The notes under the pieces are model-generated. The model saw only the letters and a list, made by a program, of their open reading frames with translations, did not search any database and was not told where the DNA came from. Source: a virus (lineage: Duplodnaviria > Caudoviricetes). From it: a stretch of 52,818 nt of DNA. The first letter of the stretch is position 1. Each line of letters begins with the position of its first letter. The stretch spans positions 1 through 52,818 of the IMG/VR virus record IMGVR_UViG_3300033153_006359. One strand, written 5' to 3'. Position numbers and translations under genes: made by a program. Of this stretch, positions 12,001 through 19,660 are shown piece by piece.

Positions 12001-12166
12001 GAGTGGCTTAACTCTCTTTGGTGATGATGACTTTGACTTTAAGATGATGAAGAATCTTCCGATGGGTAAGATACCTTACTTCTGGTTCACCGAAGAAGGT
12101 CAAGCTGAGAGGGAGAGGGCATGGGACAAGTCTGGTGAGTATAAGGGTATATTCTCTAGCGAATAA
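6005..12166 (+). CDS. large internal virion (ejection) polyvalent protein with HExxH metallopeptidase-like and ParB/Srx-like segments
   Basis: ATG 6005 after GGAGG; ~2053 aa; Gly/Ala hydrophobic N-region; VLHEIVH...NEREFLA; MSKDKFLSLA...GHEGRHRA. Confidence 0.75.
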   Translation: MAVDYYSYLDTGESEVESSDSPDYFGYLDTEKKEEEAAKGLSWTDDSRGFFSDFASEVWRSTGSALESTGRGIETFSGGEYGEGLRNAGEWIQGTEYAKQDYEEATGQEGAIKTFARDVVGTITESFVGTGTAAAVGGAISGGNPFVAGAAGLAQLITQFGGGTYSELMETGAAEGLSGEQLHTYAKNGALWEVIPELGDQIVTVLSAGLLGPAMKGGRKALQAALKAGTISADDIVKGIAKAEAKAGYKAVAGSAVLGGTTEVITSLGQGYEREKVGLEKHDENYARTWLLGAVSSGGPAVLGRAYVNSENKKRTTQELRVLNSDNAEVRTIAAENIYSKIESVDKESAEDFLTVAKESIEQGVPIDTSATFTALYEDASTARLNAEWTAREEAQEVRANKPEELLDDRSTNEVLEKEMELASEEQIKQESLILFDELQGKRRVQEKEDSLRAEQARGQLGTKYATVEPTARDDQEALTRTYDPEVPGEGPTEAQRISRGQAVPSDISSAVPYVPAGRTRPLVPKDAHERTISYWSQPRETREMQADAPEVPVENFSAAIERVSPVHKTALIQAAGEIESKKAELEQATTIDEIDEKHNEIDKLTKKVDKVVQKAVPAEELEQLAKVAEEQEAVSYTAADEIDVVPEEMEEDTKVLPEIYENEKGEQVETLESTEIGSIEVEYNKETGKQKGSRFIVTLKETGEEIVVRGRSAADEILRTGQRPEVVRTKGTKKVSKADRAKLIGKLTELEESVVDYLSSAFNPKGDVYKYIAIKNQVLLNRGKNVNVSDYTDKSIIADAKQLSRKVATSQSEMKAASEAGFGGSGAPLSSLEKEDGAPVEDSYISDTEYGARTDEGKEQDQGELTEEQQVQEEGAVTDTQELATTEEEQATTEGAPTRSTATVEKEHTQEKGKRKRFVSPAGADYHISEGLDQVYRIESELTDSGRKYKGKPIMVAKQALKDADGNTVGTFNTIEEAAGSIGASVGERDVQDFDLDQSISLEDVQAQLDEELAQESPLTERGEELKQVQNAWQGLQLIIREGTTLEKKLAKMLRRAIAQENLVGIPFGESDGTQVSRWTGSEVILGLGTLRGENYGSVLHEIVHSLTSNKLRESAELAREVQQLMEASLESLPPAVRNTVARMQELRQQFPDNTDFARAMRGLGDEVGSEHFELAYGHLNEREFLANTFNKESMQAHLKSVEGTGFLRNLYDSFIDMVRNALGLAPDADTLLNDVLAKTLDIARQETSREDLAVQDAKDNIKNLAIENVETVQMSKDKFLSLATSGQKKIDEIREEGFVERGDGSEYMEGEEASFIYDEVEAEKSPYPYLVIDKKGKTVGHEGRHRAIFGPEQMDVTLLYKGDKVDVESIKPQFDDLDIDTSDPVSRSAVETATDIKDSMMGTFKDVAKRYVTPISDRLNQIAPDLSLRLSKMDSTVARRVAKTFYDANEFEDQVKEKFSTLEFKRFSYLLQKASQNSIRQAKDMAKAAGVDMSEVWDSLAVLRQDMYDVELLSADKMDKEYFPRLVKDIEGLHDYYDKIGVLPEIKKKLQEKGIEPTEENIAAIMSDTLGKGGYPALLGKPGSSKARNIRKFEEEMSQFYHSPFDALRASSEDAINAVEQHKLVGKSRRLSLESKIARLEKSLETESDPREVLRMKEDLKDLHEKLVEPEEISKAGIGNFLRENGIVGPEQREVRDMLYARFNERGMSENMRMLKHTTLAMTLLNPTTAIKQVADIGIAISERGLKNTLSALKGIMSRDDSFDLYEMGIQQYIMEHGERQDRTSQLLDRGFSISGFKMMDSFGKQISYMSSLKEMQGLSREEFTKKHKDLKSIKDVDGLYDKLQKGDLSDTDVQDFMTYKVAQLQPLFLSQMSEKMLTAGNARVFGMLLQYALRRLGMISTHIAELKKEGGVMATVPYVAKLIVVLTAAEYSAECIAGIISGKPCKDMMEQLEKTAFNMVLLDRFTIDSMIKGNVAQGAMSLSGASAIESMDTIFKSGLTLFGDDDFDFKMMKNLPMGKIPYFWFTEEGQAERERAWDKSGEYKGIFSSE

Positions 12167-12179
12167 TAAGGAGTGCAGT

Positions 12180-12356
12180 ATGAATAAGATAATGTATTTT
12201 ATAGTAGAAGATAAGCTTAAGGAGTGGGGTATGGAATACTTGTGGTCAGTATGTGGGCAGGACTATCGTAACTTACTAGCTGAGTATGAGGAAGCTGGAG
12301 ACTTTACTAAGGAAGTAGCTGAGAGGATTAATACGGAGGTTAGTTTGTACTCATGA
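12180..12356 (+). CDS. hypothetical protein
   Basis: AAGGAG SD then ATG 12180; ATGA overlap with the next gene. Confidence 0.55.
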   Translation: MNKIMYFIVEDKLKEWGMEYLWSVCGQDYRNLLAEYEEAGDFTKEVAERINTEVSLYS

Positions 12357-12910
12357 GATTCAATGAAATAGTTAATACGGTGTATGATAGCTTAGAAGAG
12401 AGTGAAGGTAAGGAAGGGGATACTACTGGTGCTGCGGAGACTGGGAAGATAGGTGTAACTCAGATGGCTAGGGATGCAGTAGGGAATCCTAATATAGATG
12501 ATAGGGAGATAGCTAAGTTGTACCTAATCGATATAGGTGCTAAGCTACAGGGTCTGGAGGGTTATGCTGAGGCACCTGATGGTGTGCAGGTAGCCCTGCT
12601 TGATACTATGTATAATACTGGTGATCAGTTACTAGGTTGGAAGGGTATGGCGGAAGGTCTCAAGGGTGGTGACTATGAGAAGGCCATGAAGAACATACTG
12701 GATACTGCTCAGGTGGAGGGGAAGAGTATGAAGGGACTAGCTAAGAGAAGAGCTAAGGCTTATAATATAGCTTTCCCTTCTTCCATCAGCTCTGTACTAC
12801 AACAGCTAGATGGAACTATTAAATATAACAATAAGGCAGGAGATACTCTCTTTGAGTACAGAGTCCCACGCCATGAGAAGTCTGAGGCTGGAGTCATCAC
12901 CCTCAATTAA
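12353..12910 (+). CDS. lysozyme-like (GH24-like) peptidoglycan hydrolase
   Basis: ALLDTMYNTG...LKGGDYEKA...GLAKRRA resembles the phage lysozyme C-lobe; N-terminal ESEG. Confidence 0.6.
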   Translation: MRFNEIVNTVYDSLEESEGKEGDTTGAAETGKIGVTQMARDAVGNPNIDDREIAKLYLIDIGAKLQGLEGYAEAPDGVQVALLDTMYNTGDQLLGWKGMAEGLKGGDYEKAMKNILDTAQVEGKSMKGLAKRRAKAYNIAFPSSISSVLQQLDGTIKYNNKAGDTLFEYRVPRHEKSEAGVITLN

Positions 12911-12966
12911 TTCACACAGATCCATGGTAATCTTGAACTTTATTCACACTTAAGTTATAAAACTAC

Positions 12967-13013
12967 GGGCCATAAAGGATACTTTATTAACCTTTAAGTA
13001 TCCTTTATGGCCC
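12967..13013. terminator. perfect 18-bp inverted repeat between the convergent arms, probable bidirectional terminator
   Basis: GGGCCATAAAGGATACTT-11 nt-AAGTATCCTTTATGGCCC. Confidence 0.7.
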
Positions 13014-13023
13014 TAATGGTCAC

Positions 13024-13275
13024 TTATTTAACCATTACGATATCCTCATACTTCTCTCTAGAAGTATGTTTCATCTTAGTCTTCCACTTCCGGAAGGCCT
13101 TCTTAACCTTCTTTGATCCCTTCATCTTAAGCTTACTCTTACTGACGTAGGTACCATGCACTGGCTTCTTCCCATCCTTAGTCATTACACAAGAGATCCA
13201 CCTGACTGTACCTCTATATCTTATAGCTTCCTTCTCCATCCGAGAGAAGAACTGTCTATCCATGCAGTTCATCAC
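13024..13275 (-). CDS. small basic hypothetical protein
   Basis: Lys-rich ORF overlapping the upstream gene, SD GGAGG. Confidence 0.5.
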   Translation of the reverse strand: MMNCMDRQFFSRMEKEAIRYRGTVRWISCVMTKDGKKPVHGTYVSKSKLKMKGSKKVKKAFRKWKTKMKHTSREKYEDIVMVK

Positions 13276-13633
13276 CTACCTCCTCAGCCTCGTATAGAGA
13301 CACTTGTTTATCATATGATACTGGTACCATCAAAGGTGTACGAACGGGCTGTGAGCAGCCCCTGAGGTACTCTCCTGCTATCTCCTTAGTTATACTATCC
13401 TGAGCTACCTCTATGCTCTCAAGTATATCCTTAACACTCTGTACGCTACTGCTGTTATCCTTCACTAGGATCTCAAGCATCTTCTTACAAGCATCCTCAA
13501 GAGACTTGAAGAAGCCTACACTCTTATAATAGTTTTCACCCTTCATCTTACCCTTCTCCCTTACTCTCTTCTCAGTGATGCCCCAGTTGTATCTATCAAG
13601 GTTCTCTATTCTATACTTACCTATATTAATCAT
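13256..13633 (-). CDS. conserved phage protein (DUF5405-like)
   Basis: IGKYRI..D.YNW....K...KGK.KGE.Y...VGFF.SLE pattern; AAGGAG SD. Confidence 0.5.
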   Translation of the reverse strand: MINIGKYRIENLDRYNWGITEKRVREKGKMKGENYYKSVGFFKSLEDACKKMLEILVKDNSSSVQSVKDILESIEVAQDSITKEIAGEYLRGCSQPVRTPLMVPVSYDKQVSLYEAEEVGDELHG

Positions 13634-13642
13634 ACTCTCTCC

Positions 13643-13864
13643 TTAACTAGTTTGGTCATAGTCTACTCTTAGTCCTCTTATCTCTCTAGAGAAGTGCATG
13701 ATTATCTCCTCTAGCTCCTCATCCGTATAGCTATTAAGACTCCGCATGTTCCCTACGTAGAATTGGATAGATACCTTAGCTCTATCCAGCTTATCCATCG
13801 CCTTAATCTCTGGGTGTATCCAGTAAATCTCCATACTCTGATCCTCCGTATACACCTTCACCAT
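13643..13864 (-). CDS. hypothetical protein
   Basis: ORF in a tightly packed minus-strand cluster. Confidence 0.45.
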   Translation of the reverse strand: MVKVYTEDQSMEIYWIHPEIKAMDKLDRAKVSIQFYVGNMRSLNSYTDEELEEIIMHFSREIRGLRVDYDQTS

Positions 13865-14015
13865 ACTTATCTAGCTCAAACTGCTCTGTGATGTGCCACA
13901 TGCACCAATCACCATCCTCTCGTACTACTGGGAATGGTGGTGGCTTAGACCTACAGGTACTATCCTGCAGCTCGAATGCTAAGCAAGTCCTACATACTCT
14001 CTCTATCTTTACCAT
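13803..14015 (-). CDS. small Cys-rich protein
   Basis: CxxC...C...PP...WC pattern; GGAGG SD. Confidence 0.55.
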   Translation of the reverse strand: MVKIERVCRTCLAFELQDSTCRSKPPPFPVVREDGDWCMWHITEQFELDKYGEGVYGGSEYGDLLDTPRD

Positions 14016-14167
14016 GTTCCTATTGCCTCCGTCAGTCTCTCATCTTCTCCCATCACAACCTTCAGGGATTCTATAGCTAGTGTCAGTGCATCTACTAAGC
14101 TCTCGTGCCCTAGTACCTGTGCCTTATATCGAATACTCTCTAGCGAATACAGATCATCTTCATTCAT
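14009..14167 (-). CDS. hypothetical 52-aa protein (not in the ORF track)
   Basis: Own translation MNEDDLYSLESIRYKAQ...IGTW*; fills the gap with overlaps on both sides. Confidence 0.55.
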   Translation of the reverse strand: MNEDDLYSLESIRYKAQVLGHESLVDALTLAIESLKVVMGEDERLTEAIGTW

Positions 14168-14318
14168 CCTTCTTCTCCATCTTACAGTAAGGGCAGAGTA
14201 GCTGTATCACTACAGGTAAGCTCTCCCATGACATCTGAGATACTACAGGCATCCAGTACTTCCTGCAGTGTCTACAGTTAAACTGGATAGCCCTTAGCTT
14301 CTCCCTCCTCTTCCTCAT
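14160..14318 (-). CDS. 52-aa zinc-ribbon protein (not in the ORF track)
   Basis: Own translation MRKRREKLRAIQFNCRHC...LCPYCKMEKKDE*; two CxxC; ATGA coupling. Confidence 0.55.
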   Translation of the reverse strand: MRKRREKLRAIQFNCRHCRKYWMPVVSQMSWESLPVVIQLLCPYCKMEKKDE

Positions 14319-14476
14319 GGATGACCCCACGGCCTCATAGGTGGGTATGGTTGAGGCATATGATGCATAGGTTGATACACTGGCATAGCACCAAGTACTG
14401 CCCCTGTTATAAACATAGCATCTCTATGGTTACAGCTAGATAACGTAAGAAGCATCAGTATTACTAAGTACCTCAT
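14315..14476 (-). CDS. small lipoprotein
   Basis: MRYLVILMLLTLSSC signal plus lipobox; GGAGG SD; Pro-rich tail. Confidence 0.6.
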   Translation of the reverse strand: MRYLVILMLLTLSSCNHRDAMFITGAVLGAMPVYQPMHHMPQPYPPMRPWGHP

Positions 14477-14742
14477 ACATCCTCCCATGTTATAAACTCC
14501 TGCCTCTTCTCGATATGATCTAGTACCATAGAGACCCATTCTTCTCTAGAGAATAAATTCTCCATGATAGCTATCTCTATCGGTACCTCTCCTAGGAAGT
14601 ACCTAGCTCTGACGAAGGGGAAGATAGAGTCTTCCAGCTGTATCTTCTCTGCTCTATCTACCTTAAGCTTCTTCCCGTATACCTCTATCTGTGGAACCAT
14701 AGCTGCGTATGGTTCACCTATCGTTATCGTGTAACTCATCAC
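14473..14742 (-). CDS. hypothetical protein
   Basis: ATGA-coupled ORF. Confidence 0.55.
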   Translation of the reverse strand: MMSYTITIGEPYAAMVPQIEVYGKKLKVDRAEKIQLEDSIFPFVRARYFLGEVPIEIAIMENLFSREEWVSMVLDHIEKRQEFITWEDV

Positions 14743-14918
14743 TTCCCCCTAAGATCAAAAAGACCACTACCCATTATCAACTTACTATTGGGTGTAAGCT
14801 GTATAAGTTTGTACTGCTCCAGGGATACCTCGTCCTGAGAGATGAAGTACACCTTGTCATCGCATGCACCTGCCATCTGCTCTACCTCTGTATCCTTATC
14901 GAAGATTATTACTATCAT
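14739..14918 (-). CDS. hypothetical protein
   Basis: AGGAGG SD then ATG 14918. Confidence 0.5.
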   Translation of the reverse strand: MIVIIFDKDTEVEQMAGACDDKVYFISQDEVSLEQYKLIQLTPNSKLIMGSGLFDLRGK

Positions 14919-14931
14919 CTTATATCCTCCT

Positions 14932-16995
14932 TTAGCTACACTTTGACCACCCACAGTCCAAGCACTTATTGCAACCCTCTGTAAAGATAAGCTGTCCCTC
15001 TCCACACTCAGGACACTTAGTAGTATGACATGCACCACATAATTCTGCTGAGTACATCTTCAAGATTCGTGCTAGATGAGAGGGGACATCATTGATAACC
15101 ACTACACTCTTCTCAAGCTGCTTAATCACTTCCTCCAAGGGTACCCCATACCTGAGGGACAAGGAGAGTTGACGACACAGTGTATTCCAAGTATTATTCT
15201 GCTCATATGGAAACTTAGTAAACACTTCCATTGGCCTACTCTCTGTATCATACGCTATAATAATGTACACCTTCTCATCATCTACTCTGACGATGTATCT
15301 CTTAGCTGAGAGTGTATCTCCAAGGACTGCTTTGTTCGTAGTAGTCCTAGGAGCAACATCTGTATTGCTGTCATCGTTAGTAGATGTAGATAAGACACAA
15401 GCATCTCTGCTGCCTGAGCGGTAGACAGTGATTCCTTTGCACCCACTCTTGTATGCTCTCTCATATGCCTCTTTGATATCTTCTCTTGTACAATCCTCCG
15501 ACATATTAATAGTCTTAGATATACTACTATCTACTCCAGCGTTCTGTATAGCAGCCACCATGTCTATATGATCCTTCCAGTGAATCTCCTCTGCACTCTT
15601 GAATAGGTGAGGCCACTGTAGCAGTACACCCTCCTCACTAATACCTTCTTCCTTGGCTATCCTTTTAACAGGAGCTGCATACATAGTAAAGACTTGATCC
15701 ATATTCTTACGTGTATACTTAGGTGCGAAGTATGGCTCCACCCCAGACGCACAGTTGGCCAGTGTACTCAATGTGCCTGTAGGTGCCTGTGTAGTAATAT
15801 GTGCATTACGTCTCCTAGGTGCACCAACATAGTAGCCAGCATAGTAGCCCTCCTTATCTCCTAACTCTCTAGAGAATAGATCTGCTTCCTTAGTTATAAA
15901 CCTTTGTATCTCAGCTGCTAACTCACGAGCCTCCTCGCTATCATAAGCTATATTAAGATAGATAAAGACATCTGCTAATCCCATGAATCCAAGACCTATC
16001 TTACGAGTCAACTCCATAGCTACCTGGCACTCTGGTATGGGCATCACGCTCTTGTCTAAGATCCTATTGAGGAAGAGTACTGCTATCCTTGTAGTCTCCT
16101 TGAGTTTACTCCAATCAACTTGAGATGATAATTGACCTCCTTGTTCTGACATTTGATACTCTTTAACATGATTACTAAGATTGATACTGCCGAGAGTACA
16201 CGACTCGTAAGGGAGTAGAGGTTGCTCAGAACATGGATTTGTCGCATCCAACCTACCAAGCTCAGGTACCAAGTTCCCAGCCTCTATAGTATCCATGAAG
16301 AGGACTCCAGGCTCTGCTGACGACCACGCTCTCTGCACTAGCTCATCCCATAATGCCAAGTTATCGTAGTAGCTACAATCATCTCCTCCAGGTTCTTCTG
16401 AGTTCAATTGACCTGTAACGCACTCCATAAACTCATCTGTAATACCTACGCTAAGATTAAAGTTCTCTAGCGAACCCTCAGTATCCTTAGCAGCTATGAA
16501 CTTCCATACATCCGGATGCTCACAAGATAGGATACCCATGTTAGCACCACGTCTCCTCCCTCCCTGCTTAATTATGTCAGTAGATACATCTTGTACCTTC
16601 ATAAAGCTGAGAGGGCCAGAAGCGACCCCATCAGTACTGTTGACAACACTACCATTGTTTCTAATGGACGAGTAGTTGCATCCGACACCACCGCCAGACT
16701 TAGAAATAATAGCAGCGTCACTATAGAACTTATAGATTGACTCAATTGAATCCTCCACTGGCAGTACAAAGCATGCACTATGGCTATCAATAGCTGTACC
16801 TGCATTCATCAGAGCTGGGCTATTAGGTAAGAAGTCTAGGTCAAGCATAACCCTATACATTAGTACCCTCTCCTCTGTATCCTTAGCGAAGTGATTAGAC
16901 ACTCTATCAACCAAGTGCTCCCACTCACTCTCACCTTCTAAGAAGTACCGCTCTCGCAGTACTTTCATTGCTGTATCTGTTATCTTAGCACTCAT
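14932..16995 (-). CDS. nrdJ: class II (adenosylcobalamin-dependent) ribonucleotide reductase with C-terminal TSCPD-like and Zn-ribbon domains
   Basis: FLPNSPALMNAG, SACFV, KSGGGVG, QGGRRRGANM, TNPCSEQPL, APTGTLS, GCKGITVYRSGSR, CPEC...EGCNKCLDCGWSKC; no nrdB in the window. Confidence 0.92.
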   Translation of the reverse strand: MSAKITDTAMKVLRERYFLEGESEWEHLVDRVSNHFAKDTEERVLMYRVMLDLDFLPNSPALMNAGTAIDSHSACFVLPVEDSIESIYKFYSDAAIISKSGGGVGCNYSSIRNNGSVVNSTDGVASGPLSFMKVQDVSTDIIKQGGRRRGANMGILSCEHPDVWKFIAAKDTEGSLENFNLSVGITDEFMECVTGQLNSEEPGGDDCSYYDNLALWDELVQRAWSSAEPGVLFMDTIEAGNLVPELGRLDATNPCSEQPLLPYESCTLGSINLSNHVKEYQMSEQGGQLSSQVDWSKLKETTRIAVLFLNRILDKSVMPIPECQVAMELTRKIGLGFMGLADVFIYLNIAYDSEEARELAAEIQRFITKEADLFSRELGDKEGYYAGYYVGAPRRRNAHITTQAPTGTLSTLANCASGVEPYFAPKYTRKNMDQVFTMYAAPVKRIAKEEGISEEGVLLQWPHLFKSAEEIHWKDHIDMVAAIQNAGVDSSISKTINMSEDCTREDIKEAYERAYKSGCKGITVYRSGSRDACVLSTSTNDDSNTDVAPRTTTNKAVLGDTLSAKRYIVRVDDEKVYIIIAYDTESRPMEVFTKFPYEQNNTWNTLCRQLSLSLRYGVPLEEVIKQLEKSVVVINDVPSHLARILKMYSAELCGACHTTKCPECGEGQLIFTEGCNKCLDCGWSKCS

Positions 16996-17270
16996 AGGCA
17001 ACCTCCGCAACATCCATGTGGAACCTCATCATTAACCTCATCAAGTACTTCATCCTTTAAATCCTCAGGGAATCCCTGAGGCCACTCCTCAATACTCCAA
17101 AGCCCTTGCTCAATATAAGAGTCCTCATAGTTATTAGTGAATCCACAAGATCCACCAGAAGAAAGGCAGAACTTCGGGAAGACCCAACGTATGCCATCGA
17201 TTGTAATTATCAGCTCTCCGGAACACAAGTTAGGGTACGCACCATCATACTCTATCTTTATCTTACTCAA
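16992..17270 (-). CDS. conserved hypothetical protein
   Basis: 92-aa ORF ending GCCGGCL, coupled to nrdJ. Confidence 0.65.
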   Translation of the reverse strand: MSKIKIEYDGAYPNLCSGELIITIDGIRWVFPKFCLSSGGSCGFTNNYEDSYIEQGLWSIEEWPQGFPEDLKDEVLDEVNDEVPHGCCGGCL

Positions 17271-17485
17271 GACTTCACCTCTATAGGTATCCCATTGATC
17301 AGACCCTTCGGCCCCTCTGCAATACCAGCGATACTACAGAACTCTTTAGGTACAATACCTTCCTTCATTAGCTGAAAGTACTCTCCTCTATTCACCTGTA
17401 TACTAGTGATAGTTCTACTAGCTAGCTCAGCTCTCATACACTCATCAACTATCTCATCATAGATACTCTTGTATATAAACTTCAT
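17267..17485 (-). CDS. hypothetical protein
   Basis: ATGA-coupled ORF with SD. Confidence 0.55.
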   Translation of the reverse strand: MKFIYKSIYDEIVDECMRAELASRTITSIQVNRGEYFQLMKEGIVPKEFCSIAGIAEGPKGLINGIPIEVKS

Positions 17486-17652
17486 CGTAACTCCTCTATC
17501 AATTTCTTAACGTCTATCTCTATATTACTCCATAGACACCCAGGAGTGAAGATAGTTTCTAGCTTATCCCTTACATCATCAGTATACACGATATACCCAT
17601 CCTCCGCCTCTACAAGATTATTGAACTCATTCATCTCATACCTCTTAATCAT
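17482..17652 (-). CDS. hypothetical protein
   Basis: Small ORF filling the cluster. Confidence 0.5.
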   Translation of the reverse strand: MIKRYEMNEFNNLVEAEDGYIVYTDDVRDKLETIFTPGCLWSNIEIDVKKLIEELR

Positions 17653-17653
17653 C

Positions 17654-17848
17654 TTACCACACTCCAAGCCATAAGCCAACACCGTGAATCCATGCTACCG
17701 GAACAGCTATCGCACCAGCAATAAGGAACCCCCACTCTCCTGCTCTGAAGCAGTGGACTACATGAGTACCCCATGCTGCTAAGCTGGTTATGATAAATAA
17801 TACTAATGCTACAACTGCTACCGCAAATGACTTCTCATCGTTCTCCAT
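17654..17848 (-). CDS. small two-TM membrane protein
   Basis: Two hydrophobic segments; AGGAG SD, TAATG coupling. Confidence 0.6.
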   Translation of the reverse strand: MENDEKSFAVAVVALVLFIITSLAAWGTHVVHCFRAGEWGFLIAGAIAVPVAWIHGVGLWLGVW

Positions 17849-18537
17849 TACTTCTCCTGTAATAACCATGTATTAGATATAGCCTTGAAGCTATATGAAT
17901 CATCTCTAAGATCTCGTATAACAATACCTTCTCTAGCGAAGGGGCCAAGCATACTCTCTTCAGCCTCAGCCTCTTCAAGGTATCCCTCTGTATCCATACT
18001 CTTGATAGGCCCGATGTGTGGTACCATCTTATAACCTAGCTCATCGAAGAGTCTAAGCTTCTCTACCATGCACAGGTATCTCTGCTCATCTATATCGTAT
18101 GCATTGTAGAAATATGTATCTCTACCTACGAGCTTATATCCATTACCTTGGATACCTAAGCCAATGATCTCCCCTTGGATAGCTATACTTCTACCTTCCT
18201 TCTCACAGTATGAGCGTAAGCGAGACTCTGCTTGTAGCTGCCGAGCCATATCAGTCCAGTTGCTTGTACATCCCGTACTCTTATACCATATATTTCTACT
18301 ACAGATGCCGAAGAGTCCTCGCTTAAAGAGGCCTACCTTCTCATCACGCTTGTAGAATAAGGTAAGAGACTGACCATCAAGCTTCTCTGTATGGTACAAG
18401 CCACGTTCCTCTGTCTCCTTACGTACATCCTGTATATTCTGTACTCTCCTCTCGTCACTGTGAGGGATTGTTATAGTGCCCCGCTTATACGGTAAACCTA
18501 ATAGCTGCCTCACTTTACTTTGAATGTTTATCCACAT
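17848..18537 (-). CDS. RNA ligase (DRB0094/Rnl2-like), C-terminal catalytic part of a split gene
   Basis: IPHSDERRVQN, motif I TEKLDGQS, CSRN, IQGEIIG.GIQGN.Y, EGIV, SFKAISN; AAGGAGG 10 nt before ATG 18537. Confidence 0.85.
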   Translation of the reverse strand: MWINIQSKVRQLLGLPYKRGTITIPHSDERRVQNIQDVRKETEERGLYHTEKLDGQSLTLFYKRDEKVGLFKRGLFGICSRNIWYKSTGCTSNWTDMARQLQAESRLRSYCEKEGRSIAIQGEIIGLGIQGNGYKLVGRDTYFYNAYDIDEQRYLCMVEKLRLFDELGYKMVPHIGPIKSMDTEGYLEEAEAEESMLGPFAREGIVIRDLRDDSYSFKAISNTWLLQEK

Positions 18538-18982
18538 AGTCTGCTGCCCTCCTTAGTACACTTGAGTTATCTTTAAAATGGCCTAGTCCGACATTACAGA
18601 TGTCACATAAGAGTGACCTAACCTCCCCAGTTCTATGACAGTGATCTACATGGAGAATATTCTTCTTACCACTGTCAAGTGAGAGCCCGCATATATCACA
18701 GCAACCCCTCTGTACATCCATCATATCTCGTAAGTTTTGTTCAGTTAGACCATACATCTTCAACCGCTCCCTCACATACCTTCTATATCTGATAATATCC
18801 TTCCCTATCTTATCAGATCTAATTCTTCTCTTTTTAATTATAGCCTCGTTGTTAGCTTTATAGTATGCTGCCCCATTCTTTCTTCTACAAACCTTGCACC
18901 AAGAGTGCAGCCCTTTAATAGCTTTGACGTAAGGGAACTCACTTTCTTCTTTCAGTTCATTGCATGAACAACAAGTCTTCAT
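18515..18982 (-). CDS. Endonuclease VII-type HNH homing endonuclease inserted in the RNA ligase gene
   Basis: N-terminal CxxC..CxxC; QRGCCDIC...HVDHCHRTGEVRSLLCDICNVGLG. Confidence 0.88.
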   Translation of the reverse strand: MKTCCSCNELKEESEFPYVKAIKGLHSWCKVCRRKNGAAYYKANNEAIIKKRRIRSDKIGKDIIRYRRYVRERLKMYGLTEQNLRDMMDVQRGCCDICGLSLDSGKKNILHVDHCHRTGEVRSLLCDICNVGLGHFKDNSSVLRRAADYVDKHSK

Positions 18983-19476
18983 ACCCAGATCTCCCACTCA
19001 GGCCACCCACCATTCTTCCTAGGCCATAACACTTGATGTAGCTTACGAGTCAAGCTGAAGCGTAACATCCAAGCATGCTTAATCTTCTTCTTCTTATTCT
19101 TACCTCCGTACTTCTCTTGTAGCTCAGCTGGACTTAAGTACTTAGTTACTCCTAGCCACTTAGAGACATCCTCTCCTAAGTTTATCTTACGATCAGTATT
19201 AAGGATAGATAAGGGTAAGGCTAGGCCCTGAGCTAACTGCCCCATGAACCTAGCTGTCTTCACTCGGAACTTCCTAGGACGCATGAACTCTGACCAGTCC
19301 TTCTCAGGCAACACTGAGTCTATCTCGAAGAAGATGCATAGATCTCCCTGCTTAAACTCACCCTTCTTAACTACACATTGCCATCCATCTACTAGTGCTA
19401 GCTCTATCCTATCAGCCTTAGGTATAGGTAGTAGCTCCTTAATCTCTCGTACTGTAGCTAATTGTCTACTCATCAT
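18979..19476 (-). CDS. RNA ligase (DRB0094-like), N-terminal part of a split gene
   Basis: RQLATVREI..L.PIPKADRIELA.VDGWQCVVKKGEF..GD.CIFFEIDSVLP...RGQ-like GQLAQGL...LGVTKY. Confidence 0.85.
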   Translation of the reverse strand: MMSRQLATVREIKELLPIPKADRIELALVDGWQCVVKKGEFKQGDLCIFFEIDSVLPEKDWSEFMRPRKFRVKTARFMGQLAQGLALPLSILNTDRKINLGEDVSKWLGVTKYLSPAELQEKYGGKNKKKKIKHAWMLRFSLTRKLHQVLWPRKNGGWPEWEIWV

Positions 19477-19660
19477 CTCTCCCTATCTTCAACCCTCTAC
19501 GAAGAGCTACTCTCAGTAGAAAGTCTGGTGTCACTGTACGTCCCTTGATCTCACCCTGCAGATCCTCAATGATTGTAGAGATGCAGTGGCAGGTACCTCG
19601 TATCCCACCAACTGGCTCACGTACCTCGCATCCTATCTTCTTACATCCGTATTCTCTCAT
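19466..19660 (-). CDS. hypothetical protein
   Basis: Coupled small ORF. Confidence 0.45.
   Translation of the reverse strand: MREYGCKKIGCEVREPVGGIRGTCHCISTIIEDLQGEIKGRTVTPDFLLRVALRRGLKIGRDDE

Noticed and set aside
18469-18993. Group I intron or intein in the RNA ligase
   Set aside because: Flanking non-coding sequence is too short for a ribozyme core, the insert does not end in G at the inferred junction, and stops interrupt the frame
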